Source of the DNA: a virus
Taxonomy: Duplodnaviria; Caudoviricetes
Strand: one strand, 5' to 3'
Length of the DNA: 64,000 bases
IMG/VR virus record: IMGVR_UViG_2811995017_000005
Location: 3,317 to 67,316 of that record
Shown here: piece after piece, positions 50,779-60,906 of the stretch
How the letters are laid out: every line of letters starts with the position of its first letter
Position numbering within the stretch: the stretch's first letter is position 1
Translations under genes and position numbers: made by a program
Notes under the pieces: generated by a model
The model's input: only the letters and a program-made list of their open reading frames with translations
The model's database searches: none
Told to the model about the DNA's origin: nothing

Positions 50779-50977
50779 CCGCGATCCCTCCTCACTCTCT
50801 TAACGTAAATCACTCGGACGCCTCTTTTCGCCTGCTCCGCGACTTCGATTCTAATGCGGAAGTTGTCGGAAGCCTTACCGAACATATCCGCTAAAAATTC
50901 CGCAACTGTAACGATTCGATCAAACGACCATTCAAGCGCCGCAAACGTCCACTTTAACGGATAGAGTAGCCGGTACA

Positions 50978-51340
50978 TTATTTCGCCGCCTCCAATAGAT
51001 CAGGATTTTCATAGAAGGTTCCGAGATACTCTGAATCCGGCCCACAATCAGCAAGAGACTGAATTAATCCGCTCGGATATTCTCCGTAAAATGCAGCTAA
51101 TTCATCGTAATAAACAACCTTAAAGATTCTACCGAGAGAGTCTTTTCGAATGTCCCCCTCCCAAATCTCCTGGCCGTTTTTCCCCTCTAATCCGGTATAT
51201 TGCATGATATTTTCGAAAAAGCCCGTTATATCCGCATTCCCGTAATATACCTTTCCATCAAAAGCAATCACATTTAAAGGGCTGTATTCCATTTTTTTAA
51301 GTGGAGCATTCCACGCTCTAAACTTGAACTCTCTCATCAC
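50978..51340 (-). CDS. YopX family protein
   Basis: REFKFRAW, MQYTGL..KNG.EIWEGDI, YENPDLL. Confidence 0.9.
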   Translation of the reverse strand: MMREFKFRAWNAPLKKMEYSPLNVIAFDGKVYYGNADITGFFENIMQYTGLEGKNGQEIWEGDIRKDSLGRIFKVVYYDELAAFYGEYPSGLIQSLADCGPDSEYLGTFYENPDLLEAAK

Positions 51341-51825
51341 CGCTCGACCTCCCGCTTTAATTTCGCCTTTACCTCGTCCTGCTTCGCCTTATATTCCGCA
51401 TCACCGTACATTGCTTCCAGACGCTTGTAATCGTTATATTCATCGAGCAACTCATCGATTTTCTTCGTCTTGTCTTTCGTCATGTCACCCCACGCCTTTT
51501 CGATTCCTTCGCGAATCTTAGTTACAAGATCTTCATTTGGTAACTCCGCAAAATGAAACGCCGTTCCCTCCGGCTCCGGATAGTTTTCGTAATCAAAATC
51601 GTCAAGGAATCGTTCGGCGTACTGTTTGCGGCAGACCAACCGCAAGTCACTCGAATCCGCGACAAGCCACTCGCCGTTGATTGCGTCCGTCAGATCGAAC
51701 TCGACGTAATTGGAGACGCCGGTATCGTCCTCCTCTTCGACTTTACGCCGCGCATCAACGTAGAAAATGCGGTCCGGGTATCCGTCTACTGCGACTAGGT
51801 CTCCGAGAGTGATGTCGGTCTTCAT
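51337..51825 (-). CDS. Hypothetical phage protein (IDEAL-like C-term)
   Basis: IDELLDEYNDYKRL...GDAEY. Confidence 0.6.
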   Translation of the reverse strand: MKTDITLGDLVAVDGYPDRIFYVDARRKVEEEDDTGVSNYVEFDLTDAINGEWLVADSSDLRLVCRKQYAERFLDDFDYENYPEPEGTAFHFAELPNEDLVTKIREGIEKAWGDMTKDKTKKIDELLDEYNDYKRLEAMYGDAEYKAKQDEVKAKLKREVER

Positions 51826-52604
51826 CTCCGCATCCCCCTTTTCGATTCGCCTTCGAATTCATGCACTTTACATAAATCACGAATCCGATCCGCTAACCTT
51901 CCTTCGCCGAATACGCCTGACAATCGTTCGATCGCAATGTTACTCGTATAGATAGTCGGAAGTTGGTTCGTCACTCTCGCGTTAATTATTCCGTGCAGAT
52001 CGCCGCGAAATCCGTCTGATGGGCTCCGAACGCCTATATCGTCTAGCACCGCAAAGGGCGCCGTTTTAGCCGCTTCTAACGCGCGATAGTAACGGGCGGC
52101 CGCTGGCTCTGCGACTGAGTCCGGAACGCGTGGCCGGTTGAATTCGTTATAGTCGTTCTGCCATTCGTTCACATCGAGGAAATAGGCCGGTCGCTGCAAC
52201 GGCTGCTGTCCGCGTTTTAACGATCCGCTGTAATGGACGCGCAGCCATTCGTTAAGGATTGCCGCGGCTGTCGTCGTCTTGCCGGTGCCGGAGTTCGCGC
52301 TGTAGAGATACAACGACTTGATGCGGTCAGCCGGTTCGATATAACCTTCCGTCTGCTCAAACTGGCGCTCGAACGTCTTGGCGTAGTTTTCAACCGATTT
52401 ATATACCGCAGGCTGATCCGCTCTGGCTGGCGAATTGGCGAGCGTTGTCAGGCGGTATTCTCGCGATAAGCCTGCCGCCGCAGATCGACCGCCGTTGCCC
52501 GATGCGCCGTGTAGTGCGATGAAGTGCGGGCATTGGCGAGTACAGGCGGACGTGCCGGCCGCTTTGCATCCGTTAGCCAGGACGCAGTTTCTTTCGTTAG
52601 TCAT
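51822..52604 (-). CDS. DnaC/IstB-like helicase loader
   Basis: Cys cluster, SGTGKTT, LDDIG, TIYTSN, RLADRI. Confidence 0.9.
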   Translation of the reverse strand: MTNERNCVLANGCKAAGTSACTRQCPHFIALHGASGNGGRSAAAGLSREYRLTTLANSPARADQPAVYKSVENYAKTFERQFEQTEGYIEPADRIKSLYLYSANSGTGKTTTAAAILNEWLRVHYSGSLKRGQQPLQRPAYFLDVNEWQNDYNEFNRPRVPDSVAEPAAARYYRALEAAKTAPFAVLDDIGVRSPSDGFRGDLHGIINARVTNQLPTIYTSNIAIERLSGVFGEGRLADRIRDLCKVHEFEGESKRGMRR

Positions 52605-52993
52605 AGTCGCGAACCTCCTTACGATCAATTCGTTTTCGTATAGTGCGCTCGTGCTTCGAACGCATCCTCTTGTCAGCGCCTTTAACTCTCAGTTCGGAAT
52701 ACATACCGTCATATGTCCAATCATATCCGCTGTATTTCTTAAACACTGTTGTCTTTAGGCGTCTGTGAAACGTCACTCTCGCTCCTCCTTTCGTTAGAGC
52801 AATTCCGCAAGCATATACGTTATTAATTCGACTCTTCTGCGCTGCCTATAAGAACCAATGTAATAGTCGCTGGAATGAAGTTCCTCCGTCAGAGCTTCGA
52901 TCTTATCGATTAACTCATCCGTATGACCCTGTCGTTCGGCCAACTTCGTAGCCTCAACATATTCCGGCGTGCCAAACGTTAAATGTCCGATAT

Positions 52994-53995
52994 TCATTCG
53001 CCCACCCCCGTCCGGCTGTCGTCGATGATTTTTCCGCGTTTGACAGCAATAGATGTAAGCGCAGCTCTTCCGCCCCCTGTCGGTTCACCATCGGCAACTA
53101 CAGTCACATAATCAATTGTTTTATAGACTCCGCGGTAAGCGACAACATCCCCCACACGAACCTCAGTCGGCTGCGGTGCGTTAAGATATTCGTCAGGTAC
53201 TTCGAGTCCAAGTGCGCGATGGAGAGCGATGGCTTCTCCGATATGGATGTTAAAGCAGTCGTCCGGCGCACATATTGCCGTTCCATAAAACGCAGTCCTG
53301 CTATTCGGTTTCTTTGCGACCGCCTCTACGGTTCGACTTTCACGGTTGATATCGAACGTAATATCGAAAGTCTGTAACATTCTATTAATCATCCTGAGGC
53401 GTTCAACGTCCGCCTTCGCCCGCTCAACGATTTCATCCCGGCGTTCTTGTGCGGTCTTTTCCTGCGGCCGCATATATGTCGTATCCATTTCCGCATCGAA
53501 TTTTCCTTGCTTATATCCTTCGCCATAAGAACGTAGCCTGATCGTCCGCATAACCTCTTCGCCGTGGGCGATTAGTTCATCGTATCCCATTGCGTTCAAA
53601 TCGATTTTCATTTCGTCAGCCTCCTCGTTTTTAACTTCGTTATTTACGATGACTTCGTATTCGCTATGAAAAATAAACGTCAGATCAACTTCCTTCGTTG
53701 TGATTGCGTATCCTATACACAGGTCTGCGGTTAAAATATCCCCGTTTTTGTACTCACCGGAAGTTCCGTATTTATCCGTAATCAACACACGCTCGCCAAC
53801 TTTGGCCGGACGCTTTTCTGTGACGATAAGCTCGGCGTCTTCGACATTAACAAGACGGCCAACTCCCGGAACCCTAACGTCGTAGAACGAGACTGTCTCT
53901 CCAGTCAATTCGAACACCTCCCCGATCTTATCCGCATACCAACTCGACTCATATCTCGCCTTCAAAATCCGCACATACTTTTTCGTTTTAGTCAT
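52994..53995 (-). CDS. Repeat-module phage protein
   Basis: KRPAKVGERV; AICAPDDCFNIHIG; internal SD+ATG near 53612. Confidence 0.65.
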   Translation of the reverse strand: MTKTKKYVRILKARYESSWYADKIGEVFELTGETVSFYDVRVPGVGRLVNVEDAELIVTEKRPAKVGERVLITDKYGTSGEYKNGDILTADLCIGYAITTKEVDLTFIFHSEYEVIVNNEVKNEEADEMKIDLNAMGYDELIAHGEEVMRTIRLRSYGEGYKQGKFDAEMDTTYMRPQEKTAQERRDEIVERAKADVERLRMINRMLQTFDITFDINRESRTVEAVAKKPNSRTAFYGTAICAPDDCFNIHIGEAIALHRALGLEVPDEYLNAPQPTEVRVGDVVAYRGVYKTIDYVTVVADGEPTGGGRAALTSIAVKRGKIIDDSRTGVGE

Positions 53996-54009
53996 CGCAA
54001 TCCCTCCGT

Positions 54010-54384
54010 TTAATAAAAGTCGTCGCCGATTTCCGCTTGCTGCTCCCGCCTTTGTTGCGCTGCTGCTTCGGCCTTGATTTCCGCAACTGCCCGCTGCAAA
54101 TTCCGTCCCATCCACTTCTGCATAAATCCGAAACTGACGCCCGGATATTGCGGGTTCGGCCTGTATTCCGCAAAGCACAGATCGATGAATCGCTTCGTTA
54201 CTTCCGGCCCGTATTCGCCTGGCTTCCGCTTCGTCCCGACCCATCGACCGAGCATTCCCGCTTCCGCCTGGTATCCGCGCATCGGAACGTAAGGGACGCC
54301 GTATAACCGCTCATGTTCCGCCTTTAAGTACGATTGGAAGTCGCGCACATTCCATTTGGATACCGGTTTATCTGTCGTCGTCAT
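54010..54384 (-). CDS. Replication initiator C-terminal-like/loader partner
   Basis: WNVRDF, FIDLCFAEY...FGFM; upstream of DnaC-like gene. Confidence 0.45.
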   Translation of the reverse strand: MTTTDKPVSKWNVRDFQSYLKAEHERLYGVPYVPMRGYQAEAGMLGRWVGTKRKPGEYGPEVTKRFIDLCFAEYRPNPQYPGVSFGFMQKWMGRNLQRAVAEIKAEAAAQQRREQQAEIGDDFY

Positions 54385-54760
54385 TTTCGTCACCTTCTTC
54401 GTCATTGATACCGGAGATTTTGATTCCGAGAGCACCCAACGTTCTACGGACTGCTCGCTTCATGAGCAAGTACTTGCCTTGGTCCTCATAGAACTGTGCT
54501 CGATCGTAACCATCGCAGAGTTTCTCGTAGTACTCCCGCACCTTCTCCTCCGGAGTCTTTTCGACTTCATATCCGTTGATTAATGCGGCTAAAAAGTCCG
54601 TAAACCCAAGGTCGTACAAACAAGCGCAACCAGAATCGAATAAATCTAGTTCACTTTCGATGTACTTAATAACAATCTCTTCGTCAGTGTACTGTTCTCG
54701 TAACTTTTCGAATGCCTCCGCCTGCTCCTTCGTAATTACCGGCTTTTTAATTTCGCTCAT
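54368..54760 (-). CDS. DUF1642-like phage protein
   Basis: KPVITKEQAE...ALINGYEVE. Confidence 0.6.
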   Translation of the reverse strand: MSEIKKPVITKEQAEAFEKLREQYTDEEIVIKYIESELDLFDSGCACLYDLGFTDFLAALINGYEVEKTPEEKVREYYEKLCDGYDRAQFYEDQGKYLLMKRAVRRTLGALGIKISGINDEEGDENDDDR

Positions 54761-54773
54761 CTATTCGCCCTCC

Positions 54774-55157
54774 TTATACTGAGAATGCCTCGTATATCTC
54801 CCGGATCTCTTTTGATAATTCCGTATAGTCCGTCTTACTTTCGTCCAAAGCTGGCAAGCAATCCGCGAGCATTTTAATAAGTTTAACGTTGTATTCGTCG
54901 CATTCTTCGTATAGATATTTGTGGAATTCATCGGAAGCCTTCATCCGCTCGACCGTTTGCTTTACGAGGTCTCTTACGCCCTCCGGATAAGCTACCGCAT
55001 ATTCGAGTGTGCCTTCCTCGAATCCGTAATCTTTCGGCAGCATATCGCGAATAGCCGCGAGTTCTCTTGCCCAACGCTCGTTTTCTTCCTTCAACCGCTC
55101 GTTTTCCGCAATCAATCCGGCAAGGGCACAACGTAGGCTTGCGATTTCGTCCGCCAT
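54774..55157 (-). CDS. Hypothetical coiled-coil protein
   Basis: SD GGAGG + ATG. Confidence 0.6.
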   Translation of the reverse strand: MADEIASLRCALAGLIAENERLKEENERWARELAAIRDMLPKDYGFEEGTLEYAVAYPEGVRDLVKQTVERMKASDEFHKYLYEECDEYNVKLIKMLADCLPALDESKTDYTELSKEIREIYEAFSV

Positions 55158-55196
55158 TTTTCCGCCTCCATTCCGTGTATCTTCGCCCTTCCAACG

Positions 55197-55526
55197 TCAG
55201 TCCTTACGATTACCCTCGACCGTCAGCAAAGCCGCTAATTCCCCGCGAAATTCCCGTATAATTCGTGTGAGCTCTTCCAGCGTCTTGGCGTCCGATAATT
55301 TGATCCGCCGATCCATTACGTACATGATTGCGCGATCAACCGATGAGAAGTACGCGACCTCTCGCCAACGTGCGATTGGTGACGGATCCAGGTCGGGATT
55401 TTCGGCGAGTCGCTTCGGCCAGTTCGGCGCTTTCGTTGGATCGGTGAAATAACGTTCATTGACGATGATATTGCGTTCGTCTGACGTGAGTTTGTAATCG
55501 GGGGAAATCGGGATTTCAATCGGCAT
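55197..55526 (-). CDS. Hypothetical phage protein
   Basis: YKLTSDERNII...W...AYF. Confidence 0.65.
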   Translation of the reverse strand: MPIEIPISPDYKLTSDERNIIVNERYFTDPTKAPNWPKRLAENPDLDPSPIARWREVAYFSSVDRAIMYVMDRRIKLSDAKTLEELTRIIREFRGELAALLTVEGNRKD

Positions 55527-55691
55527 TACAACATCGCTCCTCTCGCTTTGATAATTTCAAGCGCCTGGTCTTCGGTGAATCCTGCGCGGATAAGTGCGTC
55601 TTTTCCTTTTCGCATCAGCACCGCGTTCAGTTCGACTTGGCGGGCGACCAGCTCCATATTTTCGAGGAAAAATTCGATGGATGACTTTAAT

Positions 55692-56039
55692 TCATTCGTT
55701 TGTTCTTCCGTCAATTCCGTCAGCTCCTTCGTTATTAAATTGATTGAGGAAGTCGCGAATCGGTCGCATCGGAACTTCGCTCAGCCCGAATTCACCGCCG
55801 AATAGCACAGAATTTATTTTCTGTCCGTGATTGCGCATGAGCTTTCCGAGGCCAAACTCCGGACCGCACGGGCATTTCGGGTTACTGCAGTACCTAAAGT
55901 CGTTAATATATTGCGTAGCGTGTACGATTAGTTCTAAGAAGATAATACGCAGATCATCCTTATCAGGTCCGTCGTATCCGCACATAAATTCGTTTTGATA
56001 AATTTCGATCATACCCTTGAGAATCGTCCTATCGTTCAT
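55692..56039 (-). CDS. Hypothetical protein
   Basis: SD-led ORF with Cys cluster. Confidence 0.55.
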   Translation of the reverse strand: MNDRTILKGMIEIYQNEFMCGYDGPDKDDLRIIFLELIVHATQYINDFRYCSNPKCPCGPEFGLGKLMRNHGQKINSVLFGGEFGLSEVPMRPIRDFLNQFNNEGADGIDGRTNE

Positions 56040-56251
56040 ACTTTCGCAATCCCTTCCGTTTATTAATAAGACCTAGCAATCGTTCGCTTTCGCTCACTCT
56101 TGCAGATGTTATTAATCGCGATACATCTTTAATAAGAATATCCGCGCGAATGTATATGAGCGCTATTATTTATCTAGTTATTAATGGCTCTAGTTAAAAG
56201 ATGGTTCTTGTTAGTGTGCTGTCTAGCCATATATGGCTCAGCCGTGTGCGG

Positions 56252-56686
56252 TTACTCGTCACGTGGATCCGGCAATTCTTCCGTATTCCCGTCAAATATC
56301 GCAAGCTGGCTGATCGGCATGATCGTGTATCGCGTGTTTTCCCATCGCTGCGTTTTCGGGTCTCTCGTCTTCTGCTTTACGACCAACGGACGCCCTTGCC
56401 AACGATATTCACAAAGCGCCTTGATGCGTTTGTTTGCGGCCTCTCTTCGTACATTCAGCGCCTTAGCAATCTGATCCTGCGTCGGGTAACATTCGCCCTT
56501 TTCGTTCATGAATGACGAGAGGACACACAACGTTTGCCAACGGTCGGCTCCGATGTCCGCGATCAGTCCTTTCTTAACGGCATCGACGTACATTTTAACG
56601 AAGATACGCGTTTCGGACTTGCCGGACGTTAGATTATATTCGGACTGCGATTCGACTGAGACAAGTCGTTGATGTTCGTTTGTCAT
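56252..56686 (-). CDS. Replication initiator N-terminal wHTH
   Basis: CYPTQDQIAKALNVRREAANKRIKAL...NTRY. Confidence 0.8.
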   Translation of the reverse strand: MTNEHQRLVSVESQSEYNLTSGKSETRIFVKMYVDAVKKGLIADIGADRWQTLCVLSSFMNEKGECYPTQDQIAKALNVRREAANKRIKALCEYRWQGRPLVVKQKTRDPKTQRWENTRYTIMPISQLAIFDGNTEELPDPRDE

Positions 56687-57174
56687 GATCTCGCCTCATA
56701 TCTATCGTAGATTTCATAGGCGATTTCTACTAAGCGCTGACCGTAACCGTCTTTTAAATACGTGCTTAGTTTCGAAGGACCTCCCTGTATTCCTCGTGTT
56801 GTACTTCTTTTAACGTTTTTAGGATCTACGCCTGTTTCTTGACGAAGCTTTTCGTACAGCTCGCCCCATACCTTTCTTCTACTAAGACCGAATAAAGTCT
56901 CTGCGCGAAACATTACCTGTGAAATCTCTCGATGAAGAGCCTTACCTGTCAATTTTGACGAACGGCATAGACGAGTATCAGACTGCGTTTTATCTACGGC
57001 GTTCTTGACATCGGCCAGCGTTCGTTGTTTCTTAGGCTCCGGTAACGCCGGACTTTCTTCGCCGCCTAACAATTTTTCCGCGAATCGAGGAAACATCGCC
57101 TTCGCAACTCCTGCGTATTCAGCTCCGAAAATATAAGCTACTCCACCGTCTTTTACGTTTTTGATTGTCAACAA
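56683..57174 (-). CDS. Hypothetical DNA-binding protein
   Basis: WGELYEKL...G...SKL resembles antirepressor C-terminal domains. Confidence 0.5.
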   Translation of the reverse strand: MLTIKNVKDGGVAYIFGAEYAGVAKAMFPRFAEKLLGGEESPALPEPKKQRTLADVKNAVDKTQSDTRLCRSSKLTGKALHREISQVMFRAETLFGLSRRKVWGELYEKLRQETGVDPKNVKRSTTRGIQGGPSKLSTYLKDGYGQRLVEIAYEIYDRYEARS

Positions 57175-57187
57175 TTAAATCGCTCCT

Positions 57188-58036
57188 TTATCCGTTTATA
57201 ATGATCGGTTCTTTTTCGTCCATTGCGCCTTGAATCGACCTCATAAGCGTCTGCATCGCATGAATCGCTTTCCTATACTCTTCTTTGCCTTCGTCAATCA
57301 TTTCGCTAAACTCCCGAGAGAAATGCGTCAAATGACCGTATTTTTCCACAAACTTACGAACATCTTCGGAAAACTCGTATACGGTATACGTGATCGCGTC
57401 TCCGTTAGTCACGCGAGTTGTCCGCCCTTCATACATCGAAATGTCACCGAACAATTCTTTATATCGTTCGTTTTCAGCGACGAGTTCCGGATCAGGCGTT
57501 TTAACTTCGACGTATTCCGTCTGGATTTCCGGTTCGGCTTCTTCGACTCGTTCGAGTTTGTCGCGAAGTATATCCGCTTCCCGCTCCGCTTGCTTAAGCG
57601 CTGCCTCTGCCGCCTCTTTCTCCGCCAATAGTTCCCGGTACTCCTTTAGCGTTTTGACTTCGCCATTTAGGACCGCCTGTTTAGCTTGGCGTTTCGGTTC
57701 AGTTGACTCTGCGGATGGGCGTGCGATTTCGTACGTTAGTGAGACGGGGAGGTCTTCGAGTATATTGGCTTGTTCATCACATTTTGTGATAATCAACTCG
57801 TACCTCTGAATCAATCTCATTGCTTTCATCCGGTCAATCCCAATATGAGTACACCAGTCTTGGAAGCATCCGTACCCACATTTTGAAAGACGTTCCTGTG
57901 CCTCCTTCAATTCGCGACCTAACTCTGTATATGCCTTTCCGACAATTTCTCGCATGTTATTTTCTTTAGTTCGGAGAAATTCAGCAGTATTACTGTCTAA
58001 TTGCTCATATCTGAACGTCTTAATTTCTTTTGCCAT
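57188..58036 (-). CDS. DUF3102-like early protein
   Basis: ELGRELKEAQERL...GCFQDWC...LPVSLTYEIA. Confidence 0.75.
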   Translation of the reverse strand: MAKEIKTFRYEQLDSNTAEFLRTKENNMREIVGKAYTELGRELKEAQERLSKCGYGCFQDWCTHIGIDRMKAMRLIQRYELIITKCDEQANILEDLPVSLTYEIARPSAESTEPKRQAKQAVLNGEVKTLKEYRELLAEKEAAEAALKQAEREADILRDKLERVEEAEPEIQTEYVEVKTPDPELVAENERYKELFGDISMYEGRTTRVTNGDAITYTVYEFSEDVRKFVEKYGHLTHFSREFSEMIDEGKEEYRKAIHAMQTLMRSIQGAMDEKEPIIING

Positions 58037-58254
58037 TCGAATACCTCCTTCACTCATACAACCCCATAGGTAACGCTATTTTTGCAACATCAATTCCGAA
58101 AATTTTTTCGCCTTCACTTATAAAATGGGTAGATAGCATTCAATTTTGGGACATCAATATCGAAAATTTTCCTTTGCTCAATAATAGATGTGCATATAAT
58201 TCCGGGTCGACACCGTTTTTAGACAAAAAAAAATAACCCGGCCGCAGGGCCGAG

Positions 58255-59313
58255 TTATCTCCGTCGTGTTTTCCTTTTTTTATTCGAATTTTCTTTTATC
58301 TGAAGCAATGGAGAGTGTTTGCTATGCTCTTCAGTTAATGCTTTTTTAGATAAGTGCGTATATCGCATTACCATCCTTAAATCCTTATGTCCGAGTATCA
58401 TCTGTAAATGACGAATATCTCCCCCATCTTCCAGAAACATTGTCGCCCCTGTATGTCGTATCAAATGTGGATGAACACGTTTCTTTATTCCAGCTCTTTC
58501 TGCATAGGTATTTAAACGCTGTCTAAAATTATTAGTAGTCATCTTCTCTCCGTAATTTGCCAAAAATACATAGTCACTATCGAAATCCTCATTCTCCCTT
58601 ATTAGTTCACGCAGCAATCGAAGTGTGTCATCCTCCAACGGAACGAACCTTCCCTTTCGATTTTTTACGTCTTTCCCTTCAAGGACTAGCATTTTCGATC
58701 CAAAATCTATATTCTGCTCCTTAATCGACAGCACTTCGCCGACCCTCATCATCGAATCAATTAGACATGTGACTGCGACATAATCTCGAAACTCGACGTA
58801 CGATCGTTGGTCCATCGTTTTTAAAAGAGAACGCATTTCATCAGGCGTTAAGATGTTCACAGGGTTTTCCGGTGCATTTATTAAAGAAATGTCTTGAAAA
58901 GGGTTTTCATCCGTATACCCCTCTTTAACCGCGAATCTAAAGAAGGTTCGAACAGTCTTTATATAATCGTTCACAGACCTAGCCGAAAGCCCCTTCGTTT
59001 TGTGTTTGTCCAATTTGAATTTGTGACCGTCAAACTTAACCTTTTCGGTCCGCAGCCAAGAAACGAACCCGCGCGCAAAGTCAACGTCAATATGACGAAT
59101 GTCTGCGTCCAATCCGATTGTTCCAGCGTATAAAGTGAGATACTCACATGCCCGCTGATAACGATCGATCGTTTCTTGTACGACATCCTCTGCGCGTTTG
59201 GCATCGTAAAGTCTTTCGAAAATGCATTCGAGATCATACGTTCCTTTCCGCAAAGTCTTGACGGTAGACCGTCCGGATTTGACGCGTTTTCCTTTTCGAT
59301 TTTCCGAGTGCAT
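58255..59313 (-). CDS. int: Prophage tyrosine integrase
   Basis: MRVGE, HPHLIRHT, LGHKD...RYTH; adjacent to tRNA. Confidence 0.93.
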   Translation of the reverse strand: MHSENRKGKRVKSGRSTVKTLRKGTYDLECIFERLYDAKRAEDVVQETIDRYQRACEYLTLYAGTIGLDADIRHIDVDFARGFVSWLRTEKVKFDGHKFKLDKHKTKGLSARSVNDYIKTVRTFFRFAVKEGYTDENPFQDISLINAPENPVNILTPDEMRSLLKTMDQRSYVEFRDYVAVTCLIDSMMRVGEVLSIKEQNIDFGSKMLVLEGKDVKNRKGRFVPLEDDTLRLLRELIRENEDFDSDYVFLANYGEKMTTNNFRQRLNTYAERAGIKKRVHPHLIRHTGATMFLEDGGDIRHLQMILGHKDLRMVMRYTHLSKKALTEEHSKHSPLLQIKENSNKKRKTRRR

Positions 59314-59454
59314 TAAAAAATCGCCTCCCATTTCGCTTGGAAGACGATTGATAAACGGTGCGCTGCGCTGTTGAGATCGGAAGCGCTACGCTGTTTAAGT
59401 CATCGGATAAGTCAACGTTTAGTCATCGTTGATATACCGGGATTTTACGTAAGA

Positions 59455-59527
59455 TGGAGCATAGCGGGCTCGAACCGCTGACCTCTACACTGCCAGTGTA
59501 GCGCTCTCCCAGCTGAGCTAATGCCCC
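59455..59527 (-). tRNA. Host tRNA-Ala(GGC), integration site
   Basis: GGGGCAT acceptor with G3-U70, CTACA-CTGGCAG-TGTAG anticodon arm, GGTTCGAGCCC. Confidence 0.97.
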
Positions 59528-59631
59528 GTTTGTTTGAGACATGATTTATTATAGATGTTTTTCCGTTTAAAAGCAAGTGCTTTTTTGACTCAGCCGCCAA
59601 AAAGATTTCCTTCGAATAATCCGCGTGTTCA

Positions 59632-59835
59632 TTATTTGCTGATGATATGATTAACACCCGCGATCACAATGTCTCTCATGATTTCTGTATAATCATTGTA
59701 ATCATCGTTTTGGCTGATCAGGATGTCAAACACGTCCTTCATCTTGCCGTCTATCATCAGAGTCAATCCTTCGACTTCCTGTCCCGTTTCTCCATTTTCA
59801 AATGTTTCTCTAAGAATCGTTATTTTATCAGCCAT
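59632..59835 (-). CDS. Host hypothetical protein
   Basis: SD AGGGAG; 67 aa acidic. Confidence 0.65.
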   Translation of the reverse strand: MADKITILRETFENGETGQEVEGLTLMIDGKMKDVFDILISQNDDYNDYTEIMRDIVIAGVNHIISK

Positions 59836-60077
59836 GCTGCCAAATCTCCCTCTTCATTTTTGTCATATGTCTTGCACCATATTTATGTCGCTTTCTCTAT
59901 CTTATCATTGATGGTGTTTTTTTGTCTTCTTTCTTTTTGTTTTTTCTGCCATTTCGTCCGAAAAGATGCGTTTTTGATCATAAAAGAAAACACCGGCCGC
60001 CGAATCCAGCGTTTTCGTTAGGTGTATAGGGGGAACGGAATGCTGAAGCTTTGGCACCGGAGAGTGCTCTGAACTCG

Positions 60078-60548
60078 TTACCTTTCCTCTCTGCACAAAT
60101 GAAAATACTGGCCAAATCCGGGAAATACATCCCAGTTTGTTCCAAGAGTATCGCTAGTCTCGCGCTCCTCGACCGTACCGGTCTTAAAGTCTTTCTTTTT
60201 CATCGCTATATAGCCATCTTCGCGGAAGCTCAAAATCAAACTACTTACTTCCTTATCAGTTTCATCATCATATTCCCAATACATCGCTGTTCTTAAAAAA
60301 ATCTTACCATCACTGATAACTTCAAAGTCATAATTTAGATACTTACGAGTGAAATCATCATAAAAACTTACCGACACCCATTCATTTGTTACATTTACAA
60401 TATATTTAGTGTTATCATCTGCAGTTAATACCGCCGTATATGGTTCATGTTTTTGATGGCGTGTGTACGCAGTACGGTCATCAAGAATGTTCCAAGGCTT
60501 CTTTTTGATATCCGACCATTCGTCACAATAATAAACTTTCATCGTCAA
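60078..60548 (-). CDS. Orphan immunity-like protein
   Basis: Aromatic/acidic low-GC ORF in toxin-immunity array. Confidence 0.6.
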   Translation of the reverse strand: MTMKVYYCDEWSDIKKKPWNILDDRTAYTRHQKHEPYTAVLTADDNTKYIVNVTNEWVSVSFYDDFTRKYLNYDFEVISDGKIFLRTAMYWEYDDETDKEVSSLILSFREDGYIAMKKKDFKTGTVEERETSDTLGTNWDVFPGFGQYFHLCREER

Positions 60549-60906
60549 TTATACACCTTCCCCTTAATATCCCTAATAATCATCCTGCTTTTGTTGCTTC
60601 ATCAAGAATTGTTTGCGGAATTGGTTTATTTTGAAATGGTTTCTTCTAATATGTATTCACCTTTAAGTCATTAAAAGTACTTTTAGAGCCAGATGAATAT
60701 TTTTTTGTAATCTATATCATTCACAAATAGATTTCCTTGTCTCATTTAAAAATCCGCATTTGTTTGCTCACTGGCCGATGTCCCTGTTTGTTACCACTTA
60801 GCTCTGTTATTCGCGTGTGATGGTATTGCAAATTTAATTGTAAAGATGTTTAAAGCTTAAAAAACCTTGAAAAGCTTATGCCATCAAGGTATGAAACTTC
60901 ATCCAA

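Larger units (their letters stand above)
1..59455 (-). mobile_element. Temperate siphovirus prophage (left end outside window), integrated at tRNA-Ala
   Basis: Ordered integrase, replication, packaging, head and tail modules; tyrosine integrase abuts the tRNA 3' end. Confidence 0.95.

Noticed and set aside
59452-59455. Missing CCA on tRNA-Ala as integration damage
   Set aside because: Many Bacillus tRNA genes lack an encoded CCA; the other att copy is outside the window so this cannot be tested
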